Shown here one piece after another: positions 48,856 through 60,254 of a stretch of 64,000 bases of DNA. Every line of letters begins with the position of its first letter. Position 1 is the stretch's first letter. The notes beneath the pieces are model-generated. The model was not told the DNA's origin and searched no databases. It was given only the letters and a program-made list of their open reading frames with translations. The stretch is from contig CBDCLE010000002.1 of assembly GCA_965218585.1 (NCBI GenBank), forward strand, positions 1 through 64,000. The letters run 5' to 3'. A program made the translations under genes and the position numbers. Source of the DNA: Terriglobia bacterium (GTDB lineage: Bacteria > Acidobacteriota > Terriglobia > 20CM-2-55-15).

Positions 48856-51219
48856 CTATTGTAGTGGATAGACCTTCGCCTCGGGCACAATTTCCTCAAC
48901 GAGTTCCAGCAGGTGAGGGTGGCAGGTAAAAAGCAGTATTTGGTGGGTCTGGGAAAGCTCGCGGACAGCTTCGACCGAGCGCCGGGTCCGCTGGGGATCA
49001 AAGTTGACGAATATATCGTCAAATATCACCGGAAGTGGTTCCACGTGTCGGGAGTATTCCCGGACAAGAGCCAATCGCATAGAGAGGTAGAGTTGTTCCC
49101 CAGTCCCTCGACTCAGGTTCTCAGGGGAAACGCGGGCTCCATCAGCAGATTCCACGTAGATCTGGTCCCCCTCCAGTCCAGCAACAACACGACCCCATCG
49201 ATCTTCCGACATCTTGCGAAAGAATTCAGAAGCGTGCCGAAGCACCTCCGGCTGCCTCTCGGTCTCATATACGCGCCGCGTCTCATCCAGCAAGGTACGG
49301 CAGAGTGTCAGAACCGCCCACTCCTCAGAAGCTTCATCGATCCTGGCCAGAATGGACTCCTGACGAAGCCTGGCGCGTGAACGATCCTCGCTTCGGCCCA
49401 AGGCTCTCACCCTTTCATCCAGTCTCCCGGCCTCGGTCCGTGCCACTCCGAGCTCCTCTTCGGTCTGTTCAAGTTCGGCGACCGTTTTCAGATGGGCTTG
49501 CTGATCAAACGCTTCTATATCCTGCGTTTCCGGAGCCGTACCGACTTCCATCACAGGTGTCCGTGCCAACTCGTCGAGCAGCTGTTTTCTCTGGCGAAAC
49601 ACCTCGGCCCTCAGGAAGAACTCGGTTTCCGAGGTCGAGCCGCCCTTCTTGAACAAAGCCGCTATGTTTCGCTTGTTTTCCTCGATCCTGTGGCCAATAC
49701 GATCTCGCTGCTGGTCTTCGTTCGCCAACCTTTCGTCTATCGAACGGATACGATCCGCTATTTCCGTCAGTTCCTGAATCCTCAGGTTCTCTTTTTCCAG
49801 ATCCACGTAGGAACAGTCTCCCCGACCGCTCAATCCCTCGATCGTCCGGAAAATTTTCTGGCATTCGACCTCCAGCCGTGTCAGATCCTCCTCGGACGAC
49901 CGCAGAGCCCTTATCCGTGCCATGAGCTCGTGGTCCATCTGGGCTGTCTTCCGGTCCCTCGAGTAGTACCAGACACCGACCAGGGCCAGCGCCACAGCAA
50001 CCAGCGTCCCAGCTAACGTCTGTTCAGCCGTAAACAGACCCACACCGCCTACAGCCACGATGGCTATGAAAACGATGGTCGCCAATCCTGATGGCGGTCG
50101 GTTTCGGTCCCGCCGCACCCGGATTTCGTCTATCTCATTCCGAACACCTTCCCTCCTGGCCCCAGCCTCGGCAACTCTTTCCTCTGCCAGATCTCGCCGC
50201 GGCAGGAGAGAACGGAGTGAATCCACCCCGCGGCTGCGTCGAATCAACTCCTGCGGCGTGTACTTCGACGCCAGTTCGAGCCGTTCTGCGCGTACTCTCT
50301 CAGCTTCGATTCGCTGATCCTCCAACTCTTCTTCGAGCCCACGTCCCTGGTGCAACAGCAGATTCAATTGCTCGATCCCGCCGTTGGGAAAGTGATCGAT
50401 CTGATCGAGCTGGCCCAACGACTGTTCGATTTCGGCCCTCCGCCTCTGATGCGGCTCGGCTTCCTCGAGTTTGGCGTAGTGAGAAATTCGTTTCCTCAAC
50501 CGTTGGGAGCTTTCTTCCAACCTGTGGATCTCCCCGTCCAGGGAAACACGCTGCTGGTGCGCGGCCACATAGTCTTCGGGATCGCCTTCTGTTTCTTCCA
50601 GCTCATTCCTGACCGAATCGAGCTCTTTTAATGCGCGGTTGATCGTAGAATTCTGGCCGCGAGGGAGAAACAGGTTGCTGCGTCGTTCTTCGATGTCTTT
50701 CCATACACGGCTCCAGCGGGTCGCACCGACGCCCATCCCAGCACCGGATATATGCGAAGCTACATCGCTTTCCTCCAGCGTCCGAAAATGCTCCAGTTCC
50801 TCCAGGCCGAAAGCAAAAACGTTGTGATAGAGGGTTCGGGTCGTCCCTCCCAGCAGGCGCTCGAGCACCTGTTCATCACTGTCCTTGGTTTCAGGAGGCG
50901 AGGACTCAGGTTCTGATTCACTGAAATGAAGCCCGACTTCTCCCCGAACGTGACGACCTGCCTTTCTCTTAATTTGAATCTTTCGTCCGTCGGCCAAAAC
51001 GTCGAGAGTCCCGCCGTGGTTGCCTCCTCGCAACGGTTCATATCGACGCGGATGCGTGCGCCGCTCAAAACCGAAAAGAATCGAACGCACAAAACTCATT
51101 AGAGTCGTCTTTCCGGTTTCGTTCGGCCCGTGGAAGACATTGAGAGTCGGCGAGAGCTGGGACCAGTCACGATCGTTCCAGACACCGAAGCCATCTATAT
51201 GAATGTCGGAAATCTTCAT
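48856..51219 (-). CDS. YhaN-like AAA_27 / Rad50-SbcC-like ATPase with a central TM hairpin
   Basis: IDGFG, Walker A GPNETGKTT, coiled coils, two TM helices, LSRGTGEQLYL, Walker B IFDD, FTCH. Confidence 0.88.
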   Translation of the reverse strand: MKISDIHIDGFGVWNDRDWSQLSPTLNVFHGPNETGKTTLMSFVRSILFGFERRTHPRRYEPLRGGNHGGTLDVLADGRKIQIKRKAGRHVRGEVGLHFSESEPESSPPETKDSDEQVLERLLGGTTRTLYHNVFAFGLEELEHFRTLEESDVASHISGAGMGVGATRWSRVWKDIEERRSNLFLPRGQNSTINRALKELDSVRNELEETEGDPEDYVAAHQQRVSLDGEIHRLEESSQRLRKRISHYAKLEEAEPHQRRRAEIEQSLGQLDQIDHFPNGGIEQLNLLLHQGRGLEEELEDQRIEAERVRAERLELASKYTPQELIRRSRGVDSLRSLLPRRDLAEERVAEAGARREGVRNEIDEIRVRRDRNRPPSGLATIVFIAIVAVGGVGLFTAEQTLAGTLVAVALALVGVWYYSRDRKTAQMDHELMARIRALRSSEEDLTRLEVECQKIFRTIEGLSGRGDCSYVDLEKENLRIQELTEIADRIRSIDERLANEDQQRDRIGHRIEENKRNIAALFKKGGSTSETEFFLRAEVFRQRKQLLDELARTPVMEVGTAPETQDIEAFDQQAHLKTVAELEQTEEELGVARTEAGRLDERVRALGRSEDRSRARLRQESILARIDEASEEWAVLTLCRTLLDETRRVYETERQPEVLRHASEFFRKMSEDRWGRVVAGLEGDQIYVESADGARVSPENLSRGTGEQLYLSMRLALVREYSRHVEPLPVIFDDIFVNFDPQRTRRSVEAVRELSQTHQILLFTCHPHLLELVEEIVPEAKVYPLQ

Positions 51220-51233
51220 CGGTAAAAATTCTT

Positions 51234-51291
51234 CTGTAGGTGCAGTCTATGACTGCACAGTTGATTGTGCGCTCCGAGAGCGCACCTACAG
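51234..51291. repeat. REPIN-like inverted pair of GTAG REP palindromes
   Basis: ctgtag-gtgcagtc-tat-gactgcac ... gtgcgctc-cga-gagcgcac-ctacag. Confidence 0.8.
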
Positions 51292-51294
51292 TTG

Positions 51295-52512
51295 TTACGG
51301 ATTTAGCAGCAGGTCAACCCCGAGCCCGCCGGCTTTTTCAATCCACTCTGCGACGCGATCCGGGTCGGGTGCCCCGAGCCCCTGTTTCCTGAACAAAGGC
51401 TTGAGGCTCTCGGCAAGGTATTCCCTGTAGGCGGGGTCTTCACGTGCCTTCTCGATCAAACCAACCAGGTCTCCTACCAGAGGTTCGGTCTCCATCAGGC
51501 GGACGCGGTCGACCTCGGGACCGGTAACGATACGCAGAGATTCGATGTCGTATTCCGCCCCCAGTTCGTGTTGCAACTGCTCCCGGACACCGTCTCGCCC
51601 GAGATCGGTGTGCAGCGATCCGTTGCCTATCAGACGGCACCTAATCACTGTCGCACCCTCGAACTCTCCTGCAATCTCTCCGGCACTTTCGCGCAACCCG
51701 TCTACAAGGCCGTCCATACGGGTGTGTTCTGTGATGGAAACATCCAACCGAGCCCACCTGACAACGTCCGTTTCGACAAACCTCAGCTTTGTTCGACCGT
51801 TGGCATCGACGTCCACCTGAAAACAGCCTCTGGGTCCCGTTTCACGCGCGTGGCGCCCTTGTGGATTTCCCGGATATACAATCGCAGGTGAAGAGGAAAG
51901 AACCGCGCCTGTATGAACGTGGCCGAGAGCCCAGTAGTCGAAACCGGCGTCTCGGAGATCGGTGATCGGGGCCGGCGCGTAATCTGCATGTCCGGACTGG
52001 TGACCGATGTTCGCATGCAGCATCGCGATCGAATAAGCTCCTCCCGGCGTGGGCACGAATGACTTCGCGAGGTTTTCGGTGACGCGTTCCTTCGTATAGC
52101 TCACACCGGAAACGCGGGCAATCTCTTCGCCGTTTCGCACGACGGGCTGCTCGCGGACTTCGCCGTCGAAAACAGTCACGTTGGCGGGCATTTTGAATTC
52201 GCTCCCCCAGCCGTTGAGAGGATCATGGTTGCCATGGACGACGTATGCACCGATCTCGCGTTCGGCCAGGCGTTCCATCTGGCGGCGGAACTCGACAAGC
52301 GCACGTAAGCTTCGATCCGACGAGTCGTAAAGGTCTCCGGCCAGAAGGACGAAGTCCGACTCCGATTCGATCGCATGATCCACAATGCGTTCCAACGCCT
52401 GGAACGTTGCCGAGTGCATCAAATCCCCGAGACGCCGCGAGGTCTGGGCCAGACCACGAAACGGGCTATCCAGATGCAGGTCGGCTGCATGGATAAACCG
52501 GAACTTTTTCAT
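51295..52512 (-). CDS. YhaO-like Mre11/SbcD metallophosphoesterase nuclease
   Basis: HAADLHLDSPF, AGDLYD, GNHD, YWALGHVH, YPGNPQGRH. Confidence 0.9.
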   Translation of the reverse strand: MKKFRFIHAADLHLDSPFRGLAQTSRRLGDLMHSATFQALERIVDHAIESESDFVLLAGDLYDSSDRSLRALVEFRRQMERLAEREIGAYVVHGNHDPLNGWGSEFKMPANVTVFDGEVREQPVVRNGEEIARVSGVSYTKERVTENLAKSFVPTPGGAYSIAMLHANIGHQSGHADYAPAPITDLRDAGFDYWALGHVHTGAVLSSSPAIVYPGNPQGRHARETGPRGCFQVDVDANGRTKLRFVETDVVRWARLDVSITEHTRMDGLVDGLRESAGEIAGEFEGATVIRCRLIGNGSLHTDLGRDGVREQLQHELGAEYDIESLRIVTGPEVDRVRLMETEPLVGDLVGLIEKAREDPAYREYLAESLKPLFRKQGLGAPDPDRVAEWIEKAGGLGVDLLLNP

Positions 52513-52603
52513 ATTATTACTCTTACAGGAAAAGCCGGACAGAACTGGTCCGAACCCAGGCTCGAGTGAAAATGCTACACTGGGGCCCGGAAACGTTCTT
52601 GAC

Positions 52604-52676
52604 CGCAGAGGCTCGGAGGCACCGAGAAAAACCCTGTCCTTTCCTCATCTTCCGCTCGGTCCTCTGTGCCTCTGCG
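52604..52676. repeat. CGCAGAG-type inverted-repeat element
   Basis: cgcagaggctcggaggcaccgag ... ctcggtcctctgtgcctctgcg. Confidence 0.65.
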
Positions 52677-52715
52677 TATTAATTTCATAATTTCTCGGGC
52701 ACACCTGCAGCAGAC

Positions 52716-53468
52716 ATGCGGACTCTGATCTTATTGCGACACGGCCAGAGCACGTGGAACGAGGCCAATCTTTTTACCGGATGGACGGACGTTCCACTGA
52801 CCAGGAAGGGAGCTGAGGAGGCCAGTCAGGCCGGACGACTCATCAGAGAGGCGGGTAACTCCGTCGACATGGCTTTCACGTCCGTTTTGCAACGCGCGAT
52901 CAAGACATTGTGGCTGGCACTCGAAGAGATGGACCGCATGTGGATCCCTGTGGAACAGTCCTGGCGGCTCAACGAGAGACACTACGGCGACCTTCAGGGT
53001 GCGAACAAATTGGAAACGGTCGAAAAACACGGCGCAGACCAGGTGCAGATCTGGCGACGGAGCTATGACATTCCGCCGCCCGCACTCGATCCCAACGATG
53101 AACGCAATCCCCGGAATGATGCTCGGTACGCGAGCCTTGGATCCGAGGAGATTCCACTCACAGAAAGCCTCAAACTGACCGTCGATCGCGTCATGCCCTA
53201 CTGGCACGAACGAATCGCGCCCGAACTCAGTGCGGGAAAGCAGATCCTGATCGCTTCGCACGGCAACAGCCTGCGCGCCCTCGTAAAATATCTCGATGGT
53301 GTTTCGGAAAAAGATATCGTCCGCCTGAATATTCCGACAGGAATCCCTCTCGTATATGAATTAGAGGATGACCTGACGCCGATACGGAATTTCTATCTTG
53401 GAGATCCGGACGCGGTGGAAAAGGCCGTTCAGGCAGTGGCGGACCAGACCTCCAAAGACCGACCCTAA
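52716..53468 (+). CDS. gpmA: 2,3-bisphosphoglycerate-dependent phosphoglycerate mutase
   Basis: [38 protein letters not shown]. Confidence 0.96.
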   Translation: MRTLILLRHGQSTWNEANLFTGWTDVPLTRKGAEEASQAGRLIREAGNSVDMAFTSVLQRAIKTLWLALEEMDRMWIPVEQSWRLNERHYGDLQGANKLETVEKHGADQVQIWRRSYDIPPPALDPNDERNPRNDARYASLGSEEIPLTESLKLTVDRVMPYWHERIAPELSAGKQILIASHGNSLRALVKYLDGVSEKDIVRLNIPTGIPLVYELEDDLTPIRNFYLGDPDAVEKAVQAVADQTSKDRP

Positions 53469-53838
53469 TTCCGGCTACGTTCCAGTTGATCTACTTTTCG
53501 TTCCAGCGTGGCGATCCGTTCTGCCAGCCGGTCAGCTTCAAGTTGATCGAAACGACCCTCGCGGCGCTTTAGAGCGGCGGTGATAGCATGATACTCGTCT
53601 TCGAGACGCTCGAACCGCTTGTCCATCCTTCACACAAGCCATGAAGTACGTCGAGACGCGTACCGAGACGGGACGTCGATTCTTCTAGAGATTCAAAGCG
53701 GGAATTGATCGTGACCAACTCCGCGAGAACGGAGCGCTGGGAAGACTCAAATCCTCCGATGCGATTCTGGATTTCTCCGGAGATCGAGCGAAATTCTTCA
53801 TAGAACGTTTGGAGGGTAATGCGTTTCTTTCGAGCCAT
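53465..53838 (-). CDS. Coiled-coil hypothetical protein, frameshifted near 53627
   Basis: Heptad pattern continues in another frame as [34 protein letters not shown]. Confidence 0.55.
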
Positions 53839-53897
53839 CGGATATACCTAGGGGGAAAGGATCGAGCGGATCGATTGTATAACCAGAGGCCTGTAGT

Positions 53898-53930
53898 AAA
53901 AAAAGCCCGGAGGGACATCCTCCGGGCTTT
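53898..53930 (-). terminator. Rho-independent terminator after ilvE
   Basis: A7-gcccggagg-gacat-cctccgggc-ttt. Confidence 0.85.
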
Positions 53931-53938
53931 CTTTCCCA

Positions 53939-53960
53939 CGCTCATAGAGCGCACCTACAG
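53939..53960. repeat. REP palindrome (partial)
   Basis: cgctc-ata-gagcg-cacctacag. Confidence 0.65.
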
Positions 53961-53965
53961 AAGAA

Positions 53966-54904
53966 TCAACTTACGCGGTCGGCTACAAAAACAGGTTCGC
54001 ACCAGTCCCGGTACTTCCCCTCACGCCCCCGCACGATCCGGTAAAAGAGATCTCTCAATTCCAGCGTGAGCGATCCCATCTGGCCCGTACCGACCGGACG
54101 ATGATCCACCTTCGTGATCGTCGTGATCTGCATACCGGTACCGGCAAAGAAGGCCTCATCAGTGACAAACAGCTCCGTCCGATCGACGGGTCGTTCAATA
54201 ACCTCAACGCCCATTTCATCTCTCAACAGCTGGATGAGTGACCGGCGAACGATACCTTCCAGAATGTTATCGGTAATGGGCGGTGTGATCACTTTCCCCT
54301 CCCTGACGATAAACAGATTCGCTGCCGAACCTTCAGAGACGTGCCCGTCCGCGTTCAGGACGATCGCTTCGTCGAAGCCGGATCGTTCTGCGTCCGTCTT
54401 CACCAGTGCGGAATTGACATACGTACCGGTGATCTTTCCCCTGGCCGGTATCGCATTGTCGTCCACGCGTCTCCACGAAGAAACGGTCACGTGGGCTCCT
54501 TCGTCGTTAGCGACGTACAAGCCAAAGGGAATCGTAACGATGGATAGCTCAGCATTCATGTCTTGTAGGCGTACACCGATGAGTTCGTCCGATACAAATC
54601 CCAGCGGGCGAATGTAGCAGTCTTCCCTCATGTCTTCCTTCCGCAATAGTTCCCGGGTCGCTTCTACCAGGTCCTCTAGCGTGAGCGAAAACTCCATGCA
54701 CAGCAATCTCGCCGACTGCAGGAACCGCCGGTAGTGATCCTCCGGACGGAAGATGAATAGTTGCTCTTCCTCATCGTTCCAATAACCGCGAAGTCCGCCA
54801 AAAACGCCTGTCCCATAGTTGAGGGCATGCGTCAGGACTCCAACATTTGCTTCGCTGTAAGGAACGATGCGGCCTTTAAAGTACGCGTATTTCGGTATAG
54901 CCAC
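53966..54904 (-). CDS. ilvE: Branched-chain amino acid aminotransferase
   Basis: THALNYGTGVF, YIRP, KITGTYVNS, SEGSAANLF, ILEGI. Confidence 0.92.
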   Translation of the reverse strand: MAIPKYAYFKGRIVPYSEANVGVLTHALNYGTGVFGGLRGYWNDEEEQLFIFRPEDHYRRFLQSARLLCMEFSLTLEDLVEATRELLRKEDMREDCYIRPLGFVSDELIGVRLQDMNAELSIVTIPFGLYVANDEGAHVTVSSWRRVDDNAIPARGKITGTYVNSALVKTDAERSGFDEAIVLNADGHVSEGSAANLFIVREGKVITPPITDNILEGIVRRSLIQLLRDEMGVEVIERPVDRTELFVTDEAFFAGTGMQITTITKVDHRPVGTGQMGSLTLELRDLFYRIVRGREGKYRDWCEPVFVADRVS

Positions 54905-55143
54905 TTCGTCTCCTTTTGATTTGATTCGAGCGTCTCCACCCTTACGGGCATAGACCGAAAATCGGCCTAATCTTTCTAGTATGGACGAAAGACAGGGTTT
55001 ACGTAGGAATTAGTTGAGACCAAATCGAAGGCGCAGGAAGTGCGAAAAACGCAAATTCTGCGCTCTTGGAGGCAGATTCAAGAAACGCGCGCCGGTCGTA
55101 ATGATCGCGAGTCCTTTTGCGGAAGCCGAGGCGGCAGGGATTT

Positions 55144-55656
55144 CTACAGTTCGGGTTGATTGTCTTTTATAGCTTGGTAGAACACCGGCTTGTTGGGCAC
55201 GGGCAGCGTCAAAGAAAGGCTTTCGCCCGTCCTCATGTGAACCATGAGTTCGGTCTCTCCAGCGGACTCGGACACCTCATCAATGTCGACTATGTTGCGG
55301 TAGAGAGCTTTCCGCATCCCAAGCCCGGTGCGTCCTGCCGTCACGAAATACTCCGGATAGAGGCCGGCGAACTGTCTGATGAGAAGAACAAACCCGAAAA
55401 CATACACGAGAACGGCGATGAAGAACCGAAGGAGGAAGCTGATCGGTTCGTCCATAGCGCCCTCATACATGCCACGTATGAAGATGACAACATTGGCGGT
55501 GATCAGCGCGATCAGGAAAAAGTTGGCCCATGCGGGCCACTGGCGATGGGAGAGCGCCAGTGGCTCGGGAAGATCCGTCAGGATGCGAAAGACCCATAGC
55601 AGTGGTACAGTCGCCACGAGGACCGCCATGGACAGAGCTGGAACCCAGTCGGACAT
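55144..55656 (-). CDS. Hypothetical membrane protein (3 TM plus soluble C-terminus)
   Basis: Hydrophobic helices; starts 5 bp downstream of the helicase-nuclease stop. Confidence 0.7.
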   Translation of the reverse strand: MSDWVPALSMAVLVATVPLLWVFRILTDLPEPLALSHRQWPAWANFFLIALITANVVIFIRGMYEGAMDEPISFLLRFFIAVLVYVFGFVLLIRQFAGLYPEYFVTAGRTGLGMRKALYRNIVDIDEVSESAGETELMVHMRTGESLSLTLPVPNKPVFYQAIKDNQPEL

Positions 55657-58381
55657 GCGCCTCAGGCCTGCCGCTCCTCAAAAGGCCATTCTCTCCATCC
55701 CTGCAACAAGGGAAAATACAGACCAAGACGGATCGGACGGGGGTCAATGGTGGCCATGACGCGAGCATAATCCTCGAGTTGCGCCCGATAACGCGCCTGC
55801 TCGCTGTCGAGGAACGCCTCGCGCCCACTCCCCTCATGCGAGCTGGTCTTGTAATCGACGATCCATCGTGTGCCCCCGTCCAGAAAAGTGTGATCCAGAA
55901 CGAATCGACGCACTCGCCCATCCACCGCCTCAGTCAACTTGAGTTCTCTTTCGTCGTCCGAGTGTGACGAAAGGATCCATTGTCCACGTTCATCGGACAT
56001 CGCGTTTCGGAGTGCCTCTCGGGTCCGTCTAACGGCTTCATCCAATTTTTGACCGTCCAGCCCTTCAGACCGAAGGGCGAGACGAATGGCTTTTTCGTCA
56101 GGTGTTTGACGATCAGGGAGCGTCTGTTGGAGCATCCGATGTACAACGACGCCCACACGACGTTGCAATTCGCCGGCCCACTCAAACACCGGCCGACGGA
56201 CTCGAGCGTCCTCTGAATCCGCGGCACCCACAGATGGCTTCCACGCGACGTCTTCCGGTGGCCCCAGAGCGCACCATTCCGCGCTGAGCCGCCTCAAGGC
56301 GACACCGTCGACTTCCTTGTCCACCATTTCTTCGTCACCGAATTCGGCCTCCATGAACGCCTCCGCGAAGTCCGTCTCGAGTGTGGCCCATATCTTCCGC
56401 AACAGGGATCTCGAATCCGGAGGCCTCAACAAAGTCCCGTCTCGATCGACGCTCACGTGACCCAGCAGATGCAACCTCTCTCGAGCCCGGGTCACGGCCA
56501 CATAGAGCAGACGTGTGCTTTCATGGTCGTCCTTCTCCTTGTAGATCATCCGCAGATACTCGTAGAGAGGATCACGGTCGCCACCCATTTCATGGATCGG
56601 TGCCAGCAACAGGCGGGATTTATTCCGGCCCATGTATTCCAACCACATCAACAGTCGTTGGTCTTCACCCCGGGTACGGCGCCCCAAGCCCGGGAGAATC
56701 ACCGTATCGAACTCCAATCCCTTGGACTTGTGGACCGTGAGCAATTGCAAATCCTCTCCGGCTTCGACATCGGGCGGAGCGAAGAGCCGGTCGACATCTT
56801 CGGCAAACTTTCTCTCATCGCGGATGTCGGTGCCCTGGGTCGATTCTTCCAGGAGATCCAGGTAGGCTCGGGCATCTTCCAATTCCCCTTTGCTTTCAAG
56901 ACAGGCAGGACCACCCAGAGCGATCCGTACACCTTCAACCCACCGCGGCAGAGGCAGGGTCCCACGACGTGCCATAGCGTCGGAAAAGACTGCAGACGTT
57001 TTCTCAAGACGGGAACGACCATCGAGAGACAACCGGTCCAGGGTTGCCGAATCCTGAACAAGGCTCCATATCGCAGAGGTGGCATCCCCGTTGACGAGCG
57101 TCTCCAGGTCATCCAAAGTCAGACCGCACCATGGAGCCCTAAGAATAGAGAGCCACGCCACCCGGTCTCCTGAATGCAACAGGGCCCGAGTCAGTGCCAG
57201 CAGATCCTGAACGGCGGGACGTTCTCCAAGAACGTCAATCTCTACGGCACGAAACTTTTCTCCAGATCTCCGCAACGCCGAGACGATGCTGAAAAGATGT
57301 GTACGCGACCGGACGAGCACCGCGATCGTGCCATCCGGATGCCTGGTCTTGGTCTCCTGAATAATTCTGAGAACCTCGTCCGATTCCGGTTCGGCATCGC
57401 TCACAAAGAAGGGGTGTATATCGACGGCATCCGGATCTGGTTCTGTTTTAAAAGGAATAGACGGCTCGTAGGTCACAGCCCCGGTCAACCTGTCTTCGAT
57501 CTCGGGAAACGCTACGCCGAGCGCGTTGTTTACCCACTCCACGATGCCCGCGCCCGAACGAAAATTGACCGAGAGTGTCAAGGGCTTCAGACGAAGGGAA
57601 GCCACGCCTTCTGTCCGCGCGCGCAAAAACAATCCGACCTCGGCCTCACGGAAACCGTAAATCGACTGCATGGGATCGCCAACCAGGAAAAGCGTTCGAC
57701 CATCAGTGGGCTGCCATTCGCGAACGATTCTCGTCAGCAGATCGTACTGACTCTGCGAAGTGTCCTGGAATTCGTCGATGAGCAGGTGATCGATCCGGCA
57801 GTCCAGCGCGAACGCAAGATCGGTCGGTTCGGCGTCCGAACCCAGCGCTGAGCGTGCGCCGATGGCGATCTCGGTGAAATCGACTCGCCCTTCCTCCTGG
57901 AAGACAAGGCGGAGCTGGGCGACGGCGAAGGGCAGCAGGACCAGGAGCGCACCGAGAACATCCCACTGTCCGGCTTCAAACCCGACAGGCGGCAGCGAAC
58001 GGAGAGCATGCAATCGATCCAGAATCTGTGGGTCCAACCGGACAGCCCGCAGTCGGTCCTTTGCGCTCCGCCCCACGTCGGTTGAGGGAAAACCTTCGTT
58101 CTTGGTCGGGCTGGCCCGCCGCTTGCCTCCGCGGGTGAGGAACATGTCGGTAAGGCCCAACCAGAGTGGAAGCGATTCGAGACGCGAACCTGGAAAATCG
58201 GAAAGGGCGCTGCATGCAGACATTGGCTTCGCACTTTCTGTCGCCGTCAGATTCCCAGCCGCAAAACGGATCAGCGCGAGGGTTTCGGCTTTCAAGCGCT
58301 CAGGGAACATGCTGCCAAGCTGTTCCAGTTCGTCTTCGATGATTTCGGAAACAGCCGACTCCAGATCGTCCCGATAATTCC

Positions 58382-59623
58382 TGCCGGCTCAACCGGTCGA
58401 TGCAACACATGCATTAAATGTTTCTGCCGGAGTTGCGAACTCCAGCGTCTTGCGGGGCCGCTCGTTGAGCTGCCGAGCAACCGCGTCCAAATGTTCCTGT
58501 GAGTGTACCGACAGATTCGTCCTTTTGGGAAAGTAGTATCGAAGCAGACCATTGGTGTTCTCATTCGATCCGCGCTGCCATGGACTCCGTGGGTCGCAGA
58601 AATAGACGGCAATGTTTGTCGCCAGGGTAAACCGCTTGTGATCCGCCATTTCCAGACCGCGATCCCAGGTCAGTGATTTGTAGAGTTCCGTCGGTAGTGG
58701 ATGCGCCTGTTCGATGAGCGCGTTGACAACAGTTTCGGTCTTCTTGTTGGGAACCTTCGCCAGCATCACATAACGCGAGTGACGTTCGACCAGAGTGGCG
58801 ATGTAGGTGTTCCTCGATCCGGCGATCCGATCCCCTTCCCAGTGACCGGGGACCGCACGATATTCGACTGAAGCCGGGCGCTCACGGATCGAGATCATGT
58901 CTTCGATCTGTCCCTTTCCATGGCCTTTCCGGCTCGCTTTTCCAGATCGGCGAATCGTGCGTCTTGTCCGCAGATACTGAGTCAGTTCTTTCTTCAAAAC
59001 CCCGCGGGCCTGGACAAAAAGGCTGCGATAGATCGTCTCGTGGAACACGTGAAGCGACTCGTCTTCCGGATATGAGTGTTTCAGCCAACCGGCGATTTGC
59101 TCGGGCGACCAGACCTTCTGCAGCTTCTCTTCAACAAGCTGCCGTAAGCGGGGACTGCGGGCTAACCGGCACGACTTCGGACGGCGCGCCCGCTCCCAGG
59201 TCCGCTCATCGGCTTCCGATGCCCGATAGCTATCAGAGCCCCCGTTTCGGCTGACCTCCCGGCTCACCGTCGATGGCGACCGACCCAGTCGCACGGCAAT
59301 CGAACGGAGCGATTCTTTGGCCGCAATACCTCTAGAGATCTCTTCACGTTCGACCAGAGTCAGTGCCCGCGCTGACCGGCAACGGGACTGCGGACGGATG
59401 CCCCCGTACACGGCCAGTTGACGATGAATCGCCGATCCCCCTCTGTCCAGCACGCGTCCGATCGATTGGGACGACTCCCCCCGCTGCCAGCGATCCCACA
59501 CCTCGACCCGCTCGATCGCTGTGAACCATCGCCGCTTCCTCATCCGCTTGTTCTTTCGTTTCTTGGCCATACACTTCACCTCTCTTCTTATGTGAAGTGT
59601 TGCATCGACCCCTTGAAATCACC
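58382..59623 (-). mobile_element. IS30-family element (about 1242 bp)
   Basis: TIR core tcaaccggtcgatgcaacac / gtgttgcatcgaccccttga (18/20); likely 2-bp CC target duplication. Confidence 0.88.
58389..59579 (-). CDS. IS30-family transposase
   Basis: WSPEQIAG, HETIY, GHWEGD, LTWDRG, PWQRGSNENTNGLLR, LNERPRK. Confidence 0.93.
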   Translation of the reverse strand: MKCMAKKRKNKRMRKRRWFTAIERVEVWDRWQRGESSQSIGRVLDRGGSAIHRQLAVYGGIRPQSRCRSARALTLVEREEISRGIAAKESLRSIAVRLGRSPSTVSREVSRNGGSDSYRASEADERTWERARRPKSCRLARSPRLRQLVEEKLQKVWSPEQIAGWLKHSYPEDESLHVFHETIYRSLFVQARGVLKKELTQYLRTRRTIRRSGKASRKGHGKGQIEDMISIRERPASVEYRAVPGHWEGDRIAGSRNTYIATLVERHSRYVMLAKVPNKKTETVVNALIEQAHPLPTELYKSLTWDRGLEMADHKRFTLATNIAVYFCDPRSPWQRGSNENTNGLLRYYFPKRTNLSVHSQEHLDAVARQLNERPRKTLEFATPAETFNACVASTG

Positions 59624-60254
59624 CCCATTGCCGGCATTACCGATGACATGCCGCAGCCACTGGTCACGACTCCCGAGCATCGTGCTCAAGAGTTTTTCAA
59701 TGCTCCCGACTTTGTTGTCCAGATGAGCGAGAAGCCCTCGCAACGCATTGGAAACCTGAGCGTCTGTCTCCTCCTCATCGAGCATGGCCAGCGTTCGTCG
59801 TGCGGCCTGACGGTACAGATGGGTGACGTCGTCCTCCGGCTGGGGCGGTGAACCCATCCGCGACACCCAGGGCATCCGCCGAACCAGCGTGGCGCAAAAC
59901 GAATCCATCGTCTGGATTCGGAGGCGCGAGGGGTGCTCTGTCAAACGCCAATCGAACCGGTCATTTTGAGCCAGTGCAGCCTCGGCAAGCTTCCAGGTGA
60001 ACTTCTCATGCGAGGAAACAGGTTCCGGCCCAGAAGCACTCTGGAGGGCTTCGATCACGCGGTGGCGCATTTCAGCAGCCGCCTTGCGCGTAAATGTAAT
60101 GGCCACGATGGACTCGGGCTGATCCGCTCGAGCCAGGAGTTTCAGAAACCGCTGAATGAGAAGTTCTGTCTTGCCGGACCCAGCGGGAGCCTGCACGATA
60201 AACGATCTGGAATGGTCCAGGGCCTCGCGACGTTGAGCCTGATCCAGAACCCGG

